Origin: Orbicella franksi
Taxonomy: Eukaryota
Direction: 5' to 3'
DNA: 64,000 nucleotides
Assembly (NCBI GenBank): GCA_964199315.1
Contig: OZ116699.1
Location: 38,192,001 to 38,256,000 of the forward strand
Position 1 is the stretch's first letter, and each line of letters begins with the position of its first letter. The translations under genes and the position numbers were made by a program. The notes below the pieces were generated by a model. The model was given only the letters and a program-made list of their open reading frames with translations. It was not told where the DNA came from and made no database searches. Below, one piece after another: positions 27,601 through 41,013 of this stretch.

Positions 27601-30600
27601 TTAGAGTTGAATGAATTGAAACATGCATGTGGCATTGATACTTCTGCTATATCCATAAATGCCTTTTAGAGGTCACCTGAGAGTAAATCAGTTAGGGAGA
27701 TTAAAATGAATTAAAATGAATCAAAACGGGCCATTTGTTCATCCTTTATCCCTTTGAATATAATGTATCCGCGTTCGCAAATATCAAGTTCTAATCGCCC
27801 TTTTAATTGAACAAAGTAATTAGCAACAAAACTTAGTTCAACAGGGTCAGTGATTTATGTATAGCGTAGATTACCCTTTTGTTTATGATATAATTATTTT
27901 TCATATTTTTAGCCTTTGGTTGCAACTTCGATACATCCATGTGCGGATTTGCTCAGGATAGCAATGATAAGTTTGACTGGACACGACATCAGGGAAGCAC
28001 TTCGTCTAGTGGCACTGGACCATCCTCTGACCACACCACCGGAAATGGTATGAAAAGGTTTCCTGATTGCATTTTCTTCCTATACTTTTTGTGAAAATGG
28101 AAAGTGATCTTATTTATTCTTACAGTGAAATTTTATACCAAAAGGAGAGGACATAAAAATGAATAGATTAAAGTTATAGAAATAATGTTTTAACAAAAGT
28201 CATTTAGTTTTACATCATAAATGTGGGATGGTCTTTTAAGTGTAATAGAGTTTAAAACTGGTTCTTTATCATTAGTAATATAAACACTACAATTTATGCT
28301 AGGTGGCACATTTGGTATACAGCAACACGAAAATGGTAGAAGAAATACTAATTTTCTACCTAGATTGCCGAATTGTGAGTAGTTGAGTGTTGACTACTTG
28401 CCTTAGACAATATACATATGCAATGGCATGACTGCACAACTGAAGGGTATGAAAGGCTAATTTGTTAATCCGACTCAGTAAGTTTTTCTGAGTGTATGAA
28501 AATTAAAATCTAGTCTGGAAGGGCTCCTGGAAAAGTCTTGACTGTTTAATGAAATCGAAGATAATTCCCTCTTGCCTACCTCTACAGGATACTACATGTA
28601 CATTGAAACATCAAGCCCTCGACAGCAAGGTGACAATGCAAAACTAACCAGCCCCAAGCTGCAATTCACCGGGAGCATGTGTCTGCAGTTCTACTACCAC
28701 ATGTATGGTACAGACATTGCGAAGCTAAATGTCATAATTAATGGGAACAACGTGTTCACCGCAAGTGGGAATAAAGGCAACAAGTGGCTGAGAGCGGCGA
28801 TTGATGTCAGTTTATCAGGAAGGCGTGCGGTAAGAGATATTATCATGCCTTTTGGAGGGTGCATCGTTTATTCCAATTGTAACGACTTTGCGTCGTTTTT
28901 AATGGTACTCCAAATATGCCACAACACATGGTGCTTTTCCTTTGTTTTTGAGAACAATACATTTATTTAATCATAGTAATACCTACCTGCATGACTCAAG
29001 CGTATATGCCATTAAATTATACCTCCAATTTACATTCCTTGGCAACGTTATTTACTATAAAACACATTTTCCCAGTTGTAAAACTAGATATTTTCGTTTT
29101 AGGTCTTACGTTTATGTACCTCCGTTTAGATAAATGATATGAATTACTGTCGTATTTCATCAACTCCCATGGCATCCGCTAGCCTAGTGGGATAAGTGAT
29201 TTTCATATTTTGTTAACTTTAATTGGCTATTGGCGTGCAATTGTTTAGGTAGCATCGTGCTCCTACTCAGATATTTTTGTTGTCACTTTAAATGCTTATC
29301 TTGATCTCTTGCAATGGTTGTAGGTTACATTTGAAGGAATACGGGGCAGTGCTTACCAGGGTGACATCGCAATAGACGACTTTTTGTTGGAACCAGGGTC
29401 TTGTCCTTCAAGTGAGTAGATAAAACTGCAATGTAGAGCCTTTCTCAAAATGCTCTCAATTTTACATTCTTTTCTTAGTATTACAATTAGCCAAGAGACT
29501 ATTCTCGGTATTGAGTTGATAATGCAAATTAATCTTCCTTCTCTAACAAGTTTAGTCAGATTAATTTAACTGTATACAATATAATTTTTTATAAGGCAAC
29601 CAGTTTTTTAAAATGGTTAATACAAAAAACTGATTGATGCATAAAATTGCTGATACTTTTGTGTTTGAAACATGATCCTAGGGGCAAAGCAATTTAGAGT
29701 TGAATGAATTGAAACATGCATGTTGCATTGATACTTCTGCTATATCCATAAATGCCTTTTAGAGGTCACCTGAGAGTAAATCAGTTAGGGAGATTAAAAT
29801 GAATTAAAATGAATCAAAACGGGCCATTTGTTCATCCTTTATCCCTTTGAATATAATGTATCCGCGTTCGCAAATATCAAGTTCTAATCGCCCTTTTAAT
29901 TGAACAAAGTAATTAGCAACAAAACTTAGTTCAACAGGGTCAGTGATTTATGTATAGCGTAGATTACCCTTTTGTTTATGAAATAATTATTTTTCATATT
30001 TTTAGCCTTTGGTTGCAACTTCGATACATCCATGTGCGGATTTGCTCAGGATAGCAATGATAAGTTTGACTGGACACGACATCAGGGAAGCACTTCGTCT
30101 AGTGGCACTGGACCATCCTCTGACCACACCACCGGAAATGGTATGAAAAGGTTTCCTTGATTGCATCTTCTTCCTATACTTTTTTTTTTAATGGAAAGTG
30201 ACCTTATTTATTCTTACAGTGCAATTTTATACCAAAAGGAGAGGATATAAAAATGAATAGATTAAAGTTATAGAAATAATGTTTTAACAAAGGTCATTTA
30301 GTTTTACATCATAAATAAGGTAGGATGATCTTTTAAGTTTAATAGAGTTTAAAACTGGTTCTTTATCATTAGTAATATAAACACTATAATTTATGCTAGG
30401 TGGCAAATTTGGAATACAGCAACACGAAAATGGGAGAAGAAATATGTAGCGTAGTCTAAACGAGACCAAAGGATGATAACATAACGGTTTTAATAAAGCT
30501 GCTAAAAGGCCGCCATTACTAGCCGTAATACAACAACAACTACATCCGGGATACATCTCATTCTACTACGGAAGCCCGAAGGGCCTATGACATCATAACA

Positions 30601-33600
30601 TCGTTACATCTCCCTTCTTGAACAAACAAAACAAAGAAATGAGCTGACGGTAAGGTAGGCAATGGACGAAAGGACAAGTGATTAAACAAAACAAATCTAG
30701 CACTGTTCACTGCTCAGAACTTGTCGAAAAGTCTTTACACTGGATTCCTAGGTGGTGAAATCCCTGAGGTAAGCGGGTCTCCTAACAATCCTGCCACTTC
30801 TAGTAGAGACAGGAGCGGGAACACTTGGCGAAGCTGGCTGTAAATCTGGCTGCGAAACATCTGGTAACTGCAACGCTGAAGGTTTAGGGGGCACCTGGAG
30901 TGCCCCCTCAGTAGGTTTCCTGGTGGGGAGTAGAGTTTGAGCATTGACCTTCGATTCCCCTATGTCTCCGTCTGGCATCGCTTGAAAGTTCTCAGGAACT
31001 TTATATAGATGTGAACGGTTTCGGCGGTAGAGCCTACCATCCTCCGTGCGGACTTGATAGGAGCGTGGAGCTTCCTAACTACTCACTTGCGCTTTAAACC
31101 ACTTTGAACGACCTGGTAATGGTCGGACCCGCACCACATCGCCATCTTTTAACGGTTGCAACTCTTTAGCACCTCTGTTGAAGGAGAGCGCTTGCTTGTT
31201 TTCTCTCTGTTGCAAGTTCAGGTGTACATCGGGAATGACTTTTGGCTGAAGCAGGTGGCTAGCCATGGCTAGTGCGGTACGGGTTCTACGCGAGAAGAGA
31301 CGCTGTGCAGGGGTGCTGTCCATTCCTTCTGATTGTGTATTCCGGAAGTCCAGTAGAGACAATTGTGGGTCATGGCTTGCATCAGCAACTTTTTTCAAGA
31401 TATTCTTTGCTGTTTTGACACTGTTCTCAGCCTTCCCGTTGGATTGAGGATACCGTGGAGACGTTTTAACGTGTTCAAACTGGTACTCGGCTGCAAACTT
31501 CTGAAACTCAGCACAGTCGAACTGTGGGCCGTTGTCTGTGGTGAGTCGGTCTGGAAGACCATATCTTGCCAGATGAGGTTTCAGCTTGTTAATGACCGCT
31601 CTGGCTGTTGTAGACGTCAGTATATCCAACTCGAAGAAATTAGAATAGCGGTCAGTTGTAATCAAGTACTGGGTGCCATTGAGCTCGAACAGGTCTGCTG
31701 AGATGCTCTGCCATGGTCGTGTAGGTATTTCGTGACATTTCAGAGGTTCTCTCTGCTGCTTCGGTTTGTAGCTCTTGTAAATGCTGCACCTTGAGATGAA
31801 TTCTGTGATTTGCTTGTAGATGTTTGTAGATTTGCTTGTAGAAGGCTTCTTTGGCTCTCCTGAGGCACCCCTGAATGCCCAGGTGACTGGCATGTACTTT
31901 ATCCATCATGCATTGCCTGAGGCTAGATGGTACTATAATGCGCTCACCCTTGAACACAACACCATCCTGTATTGACAACTCTTCTCTGAAGGGAAAATAG
32001 ACCTGCAACTGGGAGGGTACGTCAGCCCTTCTCTCTGGCCAGCCTTGTGTGATAATAGGAGCTAATGCCTGGAGCTCTGCATCAACTTCAGTGGCACTTT
32101 TGATTTCCTGCAAGGTTAGTTTCCGAATGGGCACAGACTGCCATGTCTATATACTTAGTCTCAACCTCTGTTGGTGATCTTGTGTCAGGAACATTCCATG
32201 CTTCCTGGGTGTCAACTGTTTCTTGTTTAACCAGGGGAAGGTAAGCTCGGCTAAGTGGATAAGCCATGTGCATCTCTGTACCCTTTCTGTAGGAAACCTC
32301 TAAATCAAATTTCCGTAGACGCAACAGCATTCTCTGCAATCGCTTTGGTGCACTCGATAGAGTTTTCTTCACAATAGACTCCAGGGGTTTGTGATCAGTG
32401 TCAATAAAGGTCTTTCTGCCATAGACATAGCCCTCAAATCGCTCAACTCCAACGACAATTGCTAATAGTTCATTTTCTATCTGTGCGTAGTTAGTCTCAG
32501 TAGGCGTCAGATCCCTGGAGGCATACGCCACAGGGTGCCCATCCTGCATCAAGCACGCTCCAAGACCACTCATAGAGGCGTCACACTGGAGTACGGTCTT
32601 CTTTTGGGGGTCGAGGAACTTGAGCACAGGTGTCTGGGTTAGAACCTGCTTCACTTGATCTAGACACTGGCCATGAACCTCATTGTCCCAGACAAACTCA
32701 TTGTCCTTCTTGACAAGCTCTCTCAGTAGTTTGGCCAAATCTGCTAGGTTGGGAGCAAACTTCTGCATGTAATTTATCACGCCTAGTACTCTCTGGACAC
32801 CTTCCTTGTCCGTAGGAGGCGGCATTTCATTGATGGCTTTCAGCTTGTTTGGATCAGCCCGGAGACCCTCCGACGATATGATGTGGCCCATGTAGCTGAC
32901 TTGCCTCTGTCTGAACTGTATCTTCTCTGAGTTGAGCTTGATGCCCTTCTGCCGACAACGGTTGAACACTTCTCGCAGGTTTCGGTCGTGATCTTTGAGT
33001 GTTTCCTCATCGGTGTCTCCCGCTCCGAACACCAGGATGTCATCTGCTATAGCCTTCTGCCCTGGTAGGCCTTCAAATGCAATATCAATCCCCCTCTGAA
33101 ACTCCTCTGGAGCTGGGGATACACCAAACGGCAAGCGAAGCCACCGAAAGCGTCCCCAGGGTGTTCCAAAGGTAGTAGCAAAGCTACTTGGCTCGTCCAG
33201 CTGTATGTGCCAGAACCCATTTTTTGCATCCAATACTGTGAACACACGGGCCTTTGATAACAGAGGCAGCACATCGCCTATTGTAGGTAAGGGGTAATGA
33301 TATCTGTCTAAAGCTTCATTCAATGGTTTCGGGTCAATACACAGTCTAACTTTGCCATTTTTCTTTGTTGCGACCACAAGTGTTGAAATCCAGTTCGTAG
33401 GTGTATCGACCTTCCAAATCACTCCAATATTTGACAACCCTTACCAAACCAAACTCTATTTTAAATGTATTTAAATACTATTTTTAAAAACTGTTTTTAA
33501 CCTATTTGATGAAATAGATTGAAAATAGGGCGAAAAGTGTATTTTTAACGTAGTTTTCGATTGACTTTAATGGTGTTTAAACCTGTTTAAAACACTCTTG

Positions 33601-36600
33601 AAACAAAGTTTGAAACGTATTTTGAAAAGCTTTTAAAAATATAGCTAAAATTCCAAAACTCGAAATCCTTTGCTAAGTTTAAGAATATGATTAAAATAGT
33701 CTGTAACTACTTTAAAAATCTCTCGAGGAACACAGCATTTGGAATGCAAACAGGATACAAATAGTTTTCAAAACAGCTTTTAATCCGCAAGACTATTTTT
33801 AAACTAGTTTAAATGACAATTTTAAAAGTATTTTGTACAAAATAGGTTTAAAATAGGTGCAAAATTATATTTTTAACATATTTTTCGACTGATTTTAAAG
33901 GTGTTAAAACCTGTTTAAAACACTATTGAAATCTGCTGTCTCAAAATATATTTCAATAGCACTTTAAACAGTTTTAAAATTACAGTGGGCCACATAGAAA
34001 AACATAAATATCAAATACATTCTAAACATACGAAAATAGCTTTAAAATAGTCTAGTAATGGCATACACTAATATATCATGAAACAGCATAAAAATAGCAC
34101 AAAATAGGATAAAAGCAGTATGAAAATACAGTAAAAATAGCATTAAAGTAGTATTAAAATTGCATAAAACTAATCTGAAATTAGGTCAAAAGTAGTATTA
34201 AAATAGCATAATTTAAATAGTGCTAAAAAAAACCCTAAACATTACTTTGTTGTAGCTGTGAACTTTGTTGTAGCTTTCTTTGCTTGTATGGGTCTACTCT
34301 TACTTGTATATACAAAAAGCCGTAATAACAGTTGAGTCGGTGATAAAAAACAATTGTTGTTATACTATGGACTAATGCGAAACGGTCAACTAATCAATTA
34401 AAACAATGCAGAATGACAAATTGCCTTGCTGAGGACTGTAATGGCAGTTATTTCTAACATGGAAAAAATAGACGAGTTCAGTAATTATTCACAGCTTGGA
34501 TATATGCAGGAAATATTTTCATTAAAATTTCAATGTCATTTTATTTTGTGTTTTAAAAATGTCAGATATAAAACAAATCTTAAAATAGCTGATTTCCAAA
34601 GAAAATATTTTTTGTACACACCAGAGTGGAAAGCGTTGAGTCATAAGAGGTCACCACTCAAATCGTTGCGAGTAGTATTACTAGTTTATATTAAATCAGA
34701 ACAACAGAAAAATGGTGGGAAGCTAAAAGCAGATTGTAACTCCAATATGAGCAGCCAATCAGATAAGTACTATCTGCTGGTTTATGGTTGGCAATTGTTT
34801 ACAGTGCGACCACTCAAACCGGGCCACCTCGAAGATAGCTAACAATCAAAACGTAAAGTAAGAACAATAAACTGGCTGCTTCTTGTGACAGCAAGTAACA
34901 GTTTGTTTGACGGGAAAACACTATGCACACTTAAAGATTCAGACTGAGTGATAAAAGTGTTGACAAGCCTGCACGACTCCTGCCGTTCGCTGATGAATAA
35001 GTTATAAAGCCTTCATAGCTTAGCTTTAATTATGATATCTTTTAGGGACTTTCCCTTGCGATACGAGATGATGGGGGGCTCCTTAAAGATTTCTCTCAGT
35101 AGCGGGTGATTATCTATTAGTTGCCATTTCCCCATTAGTGTGTCTTTTAGGTTAGGCAACGCCAGGTGGTATTGCGTAACAAAGGGCAGTATTTTCTTTT
35201 GTGCGGTTTTGTTTTTCTGTGCTAGTGACATTTTTCTATCAGAGAATTTAATCTCTGAAAGGTGTTTTTCTACAATTCTAGCTGGGTAACGTCTATTCTG
35301 CAGGCGTGTTTTGAAATACTCTTGTTTTCCTCAAAAGTAAGTTGAGAGGAATTTGTTCTCAGAAGCCTTAACGCATCTCCTTTGATAAAGCCTTTCGTGA
35401 CGCCTGGTGGGTGACACGAATAGAAATTCGTGTATTGAAAGGTCTCTGTAGGTTTGAAATGAGTTCGCACGTCAAGAATAGATTCCGTACTGAATCTGTC
35501 ACCTTTGTACACTTTCGTGTCCAAGAATGTAGTTTCAGTTTCTGAGATTTCAGCCGTGAATTTGATCGTTGGGTGAAAACTGTTTGCCTTTAGAAGGAAG
35601 TCTTCTGTTTTGTCCCTACTTGTGTTCCACATAGATATCAGGTCATCGATGTATCTTTTCCAAAAAATGGGTTTTGTGTAACTTTGTCTCAGTATTTCTT
35701 TTCCTATTTTGGCCATAAATATATTAGCAAAAGCTACGGCCATTTTCGTTCCCATGGCTGTTCCATGAGTTTGGAGGTAATCTTTTCCATTGAATTGGAA
35801 CAAGTTTTCTTGTAGAATCAGATTCAGGCATTTCTCTTACATACCTGCTAGGAATTGGAGGGTTCTCCTGGTAAAATCCTTCATATGCTTCGCATACAGT
35901 GGTAATACCCTCCTCCTGTGGTATGTCCGTGTAGAGACTGGTGACGTCCATAGAGACAAGAATGGTGTTTTTTAGACAGTTTAGTCTTCTCGATGAAGTT
36001 AAGACAGTCTGTTGTATCTTTAAGATACGAGGCTTGCTTTTGTGCCATTGGCTGAATAAAGTGCTCCGTACTATGTGTGTTTCACTTCTGACAACATGTA
36101 GCGTAGTCTAAACGAGACCAAACGATGATAACACAACGGTTTTCATAAAGCTCATAAAAGCCCGCCATTACTAGCCGTAATACAACAACAACTACATCCA
36201 GGATACATCTCATTCTACTGCGCAAGCCCGAAGGGCCTATGACATCATAACATCGTTACAAAATACTAGTAATTTTCTACCTAGATTGTCGAATTGTGAG
36301 TAGTTGAGTGTTGACTACTTTCCTTAATCAGTATAGATATGCAATCGCATGACTGCACAACTGAAGGGTATGAAAGGCTAATTCGTTAATCTGACTCAGT
36401 ACGTTTTTCTGAGTAAACGAAAATTAAAATCTGGTCTGGAATGGCCCCTGGAAAAGTCTTGACTGTTTAATGAAATTGAAGATAGTTCGCTCTTGCCTAC
36501 CTCTACAGGATACTACATGTACATCGAAACATCAAGCCCTCGACAGCAAGGTGACAATGCAAAACTAAACAGCCCCAAGCTGCAATTTAGCGGGAGCATG

Positions 36601-38970
36601 TGTCTCAAGTTCTACTACCACATGTATGGTGCAGACATTGCGACGCTAAATGTCATAATTAATGGGAACAACGTGTTCAGCGCAAGTGGGAATAAAGGCA
36701 ACAAGTGGCTGAGAGCGGCTATTGATGTCAGTTTATCAGGAAAGCATGCGGTAAGAGATATTATCATGCCTTTTGGAGGGTGCATCGTTTATTTCGATTG
36801 CAACGACTTTGCGTCGTTTTTCATGGAACTCGAGGTCAGCGACAGCACATGGTGCTTTTTCTTTGTTTTTTAGAACAATACATTTATCTAATCATAGCAA
36901 TACCTACATGCATGACTCAAGCGTATATGTCATTAAATTATACCTCCAATTTACATTCCTTTGCGACGTTATTTACTATGAAATACATTTTCCCAGTTGT
37001 AAAAGTAAACATTTTTATTTTAGGTCTTACGTGTATGTACCTTCGTTTAGATAAATAATATGAGTTATTGTCATTTCATCAACTCCCATGGCATCCATTA
37101 GCCTAGTGGGATAAGCGATTTTCATATTTTGTTAAGTTTAATTGGCTATTGGCGTGCAATTGTTTACGTAGCATCGTGCTCCTACTCAGATATTTTTGTT
37201 GTCACTTTAAATGCCTATCTTCATCTCTTGTAATGGTTGTAGGTTACATTTGAAGGAATACGGGGCAGTAATTACCAGGGTGACATCGCAATAGACGACT
37301 TTTTGTTGGAACCAGGGTCTTGTCCTTCAAGTGAGTAGATAAAGTGCAATATAGAGCCTGTCTCAAAATGCTACAATCGTTTCAAAGATAATTGTAGGCT
37401 ACATTTGAAGGGGTAAGGGGAAGCAGTTACCAGGGTGACATCGCTATCCATGATTTCCTGTTAGCTCCGGGGAGTTGTTTCGCAAGTAAGTACATAGAAG
37501 AGATTGTCAAGGTAAGGGAGTGAATCCCTCATATAGGTCCTCCAACTAAGATAATCCCTCTTAAGTTATTTTTAGACATTGTACCCACTTATTCCGAGGA
37601 ATTTAACTCGCGCGTTACGTGGTTGTTTTTGTGAGGATCTGTTTTTGTTTCGTTTTGTTTCGTTTTAAAGCAAAGAAAACCCTCCAACGCTGTGGGGATG
37701 TCTTCTGTGATATTTTGATTACGAGCAAAGGAGCTTCGGCTCTCGGTATGTTTTAATTCATTTCGAAAGTTTAATAGGAGTTTAAATAAGAAACGGATGT
37801 CCCCTACACAAACAATAACAACTGAATGATAGGCAGGGAAATGAGTAGACAAACGAGTGCAAAGCAAACAAACGCCCAAACACAAGCTTGGAAACGGAAC
37901 AAACAGATGGTCGAAAGTGCAGGAAGACGATGGCTGCCCGAGTAGCAAAAGCAGTTTAAGCGGCAACAGCAACAACGCCAAAGGCAACGTCGATTAAAAA
38001 ACGACTTAGAATTCAACCTACGAATCTCGCGAGAGTTTAGATTCATTGAGTTTGTCTATGCTGTCAGAAATATCCCAAACAGAATATGCCGGTAAGACAG
38101 CGTCAAAATTCGAAAAAGAAATTTTAAACATTGGCCGTCGTATAGTTCACGTTCTCTCGAATATGCAGAATGTGGCTATTTCACGTTGTTGTTTTGTGGT
38201 CTTTTGTAAACAACGGCAAAGAAATGAATTAAGAATTATAACGCACGCTTACACCGCAATTATACTCGCTGCCGTTAAAGTTTGCTTAATTTTAAAAACT
38301 CCCTAAAACCGAATAAACAGCCAAATACTGAACAGCCAAACTAGCACAAAACAAACGAAATCCCGGCCGAACAAAAAGACGGCTGAGAGTGCAGAAAACA
38401 TCTCTGCCATGAGACAAAATCAAAACATATAAAATGACGTTCCCGCCATTTCGAGAAAGTCGCTTCGGCTGTCCACGCATCGCGCGATTAGCATCCTCGG
38501 AAGAACTGGGTACTATGTCTAAAAATAACTTAAGAGGGATTACCTTAGTCAGAGGACCTATATGGGGGATTCACTCTCTTACCTTGATAATCTCTTGGTA
38601 TATAAGGATAACCCCGATAGACGATTTTTGATAAAATTATGGGGATCTCGTTAATAACTCTTCTATACTTCCGTGTCCTTCTCATAAGTAAACACACGAA
38701 TTCATTTTATACTTTCTCGTGCATTATGGCGGACCTGGAGTTTGAAATACGTCCAATCCTTCCGCTACTTGGAGAAAAGCATTAAAGAAAGAACTGCGAA
38801 AAGCGGCCCGAACTTACTTTTCCAAACCGCAAAACCGACTTCTTTCTCGTTATATCCAAACCATGTTTATTTCGAACTTGGCGTTTTGATTTATCGACTC
38901 TAATGAGTCTATAGAGTGACTGTCTGTACAACTCAGAGAATTCCTCGACGGCGAGAATTCCCGAAATTCA

Positions 38971-39003
<33 letters not shown>

Positions 39004-41013
39004 CATCCTCACGTAATGTTTGCTTAGAGTCCTTAGGGCCGAGACCAAACCATGGTCCTGGGGCACTAGGGGATAGCCAGTTTTTAGCTTGATAGCACCC
39101 TCCTCAAAATGTGTGCTGTACCTAGCAAGGTTATCTTTTGTAGTTCACTGATGCTTAATTGGCCGGGAATTCTTCCAAGATAAGTTTCTAGTCCCTTTTT
39201 GATAGCTCCAAGTGCTCCAATGACAACTGGTATCGTTTCCGTTCTCATGCCCCACATTCGGCTTGTTTCGATTTCCAAGTCCTTATATTTGGATAGTTTT
39301 TCACTGACTTTTACGGATGTGTTTCTGTCTGATGGTACTGCCATGTCAATAAATTTACAGGTTTTCGTTTTGTGGTCTTTAATCACTATATCGGGTCTGT
39401 TGGCTGTTATTTTCCTGTCTGTGTGTATTGGCATGTCCCATAATATCGTGACATCCTCGTTTTCTGTAACTGTTTGCGGCTCATGGTCATACCACTTTTC
39501 TGATGTCTTTATATTATAGTTGTGACAGACTTTCCAATGTATATACGCGGCTGCTTTATCGTGTCTGTGGGTATATTCTGTTTTCGCAAGTTCAGGACAC
39601 CCAGACACGATATGGTCAATTGTTTCGTCGTATTTGTTACACATCCTACATAGGGGGCTAGTACCGTCTTTGATAATGCTGGCGTGGTATGATCTGGTAG
39701 CTAGGCTTTGGTCTTGGGCTGCGATTATGAATCCTTCCGTTTCTGCCTTCAGTCCACTGCTTTTGAGCCACTGGTTGGTTTTGTGGTGGTCAACATCTGC
39801 CTCCTTTATTCTCTTTGGGTATCTTCCATGTAGGGCTTTGTTCTCCCACTGCTTTGTTAATTTTTCTTGGGTCTTATTTCGTGCCATTTGTTTGGTTCTC
39901 TTTGCATATTTGGTGGTTGTTTCTTCTGCTTGTTTATCTGGTATTGTTAGGTCTAGTTCTTGTTTGAATTGTTCTGCTTGCCTTTGTATAGAGTACAATT
40001 TCTTTCTGCCATCATGTTCTTGCACTAGTTTGATTAGGGCATCATCAGTGTTCTTTAGGTATGTATCGAACCCTATCGTGGTTGTTTTGTAGGAGGCTTC
40101 TAATTGGATAAGACCCCTACCACCAGCATTTCTTGGGAGGTAGAGTCTGTCTACATCTGCTTTTGTGTGATGCATTTTTGATAGGGTGAGTAGTTTTCTT
40201 GTTTTTGTGTCTAACCTCTTGATTTCACTCATCTTCCAGTCGATTATGTTAAAACTGTAGGTCACCACTGGGATAGCTAAGGTGTTGATTGCCTCAAATC
40301 TATTGGCAGCGTTGAGCTCCGTTTTTAGGACCATCCTTACTCTGCGGTAGTATTCCTTCCTCACTCTTTCTTTCATCTTGGCATGCTGTATACCATCACC
40401 TTCATCCACGCCAAGGTATTTATATGTGTTCTCTTGGTCTAGTTCCTTGATACAGGTGTCAATGTCAAGTTGTAAATCGGAAGTTTCTGTCAGCTTTCCT
40501 CTTTTGAATGTGGCTTTAGCGCATTTGTCCAGCCCGAATTCCATCTTGATATCATTGCTGAATGTCTTTACAATATTGAGTAGGCCGGTTTGCTGGCTGT
40601 CACTTTTTGCATATGTTTTTAGGTCGTCCATATAAAAGAGGTGGCTGATTGTTCTACCCTGGGCTTCATACCCATAAGTGGTTGCCTTTAGTAATGAGCT
40701 CAGTGGAGCAAGGGCAAGACAGAATAGGAGTGGAGAGAGAGAGTCTCCTTGAAAGATTCCACTTTTGATATTGATAGGCCTTGATGTTATCGACCCTTCA
40801 GCGTGGTTGAGGTGTAACGTTGTCTTCCAACATTTCATGCTTTCTGCGATAAAGTTGACAGTCACAGGGCAGATCTTATAGATTTCCATGCACTTTATTA
40901 TCCACGTGTGAGGTACACTATCAAATGCTTTCTTATAGTCTATCCAGGCTGTGGATAGGTTCTTTTTCTTTGTCTTACAGTCCTCCAGAATCATCTTGTT
41001 TATCAGGAGTTGG

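Larger units (their letters stand above)
30445..36260 (-). mobile_element. Ty3/Gypsy LTR retrotransposon shell (defective, with nested inserts)
   Basis: 164-bp TGT...ACA LTRs at 30445-30608 and 36097-36260, 4-bp TSD AATA (the empty site is seen in cassette 7). PPT AAGAAGGGAGA next to the 3' LTR. PBS TGTTGTCAGAAGTG (36083-36096) matches the tRNA-Leu 3' end complement with one mismatch. Confidence 0.93.

Noticed and set aside
34426-34842. 138-aa ORF inside the Gypsy shell
   Set aside because: TTG start, AT-rich, and no recognisable gag or other motif.
34985-35012. Hammerhead ribozyme at CTGATGA near the Penelope 3' end
   Set aside because: It is on the strand opposite the element, with no stem II-GAAA following.
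10607-37330. CRISPR-like or satellite array
   Set aside because: The repeats are kilobase exon-intron cassettes encoding MAM domains, with no short repeat-spacer structure.
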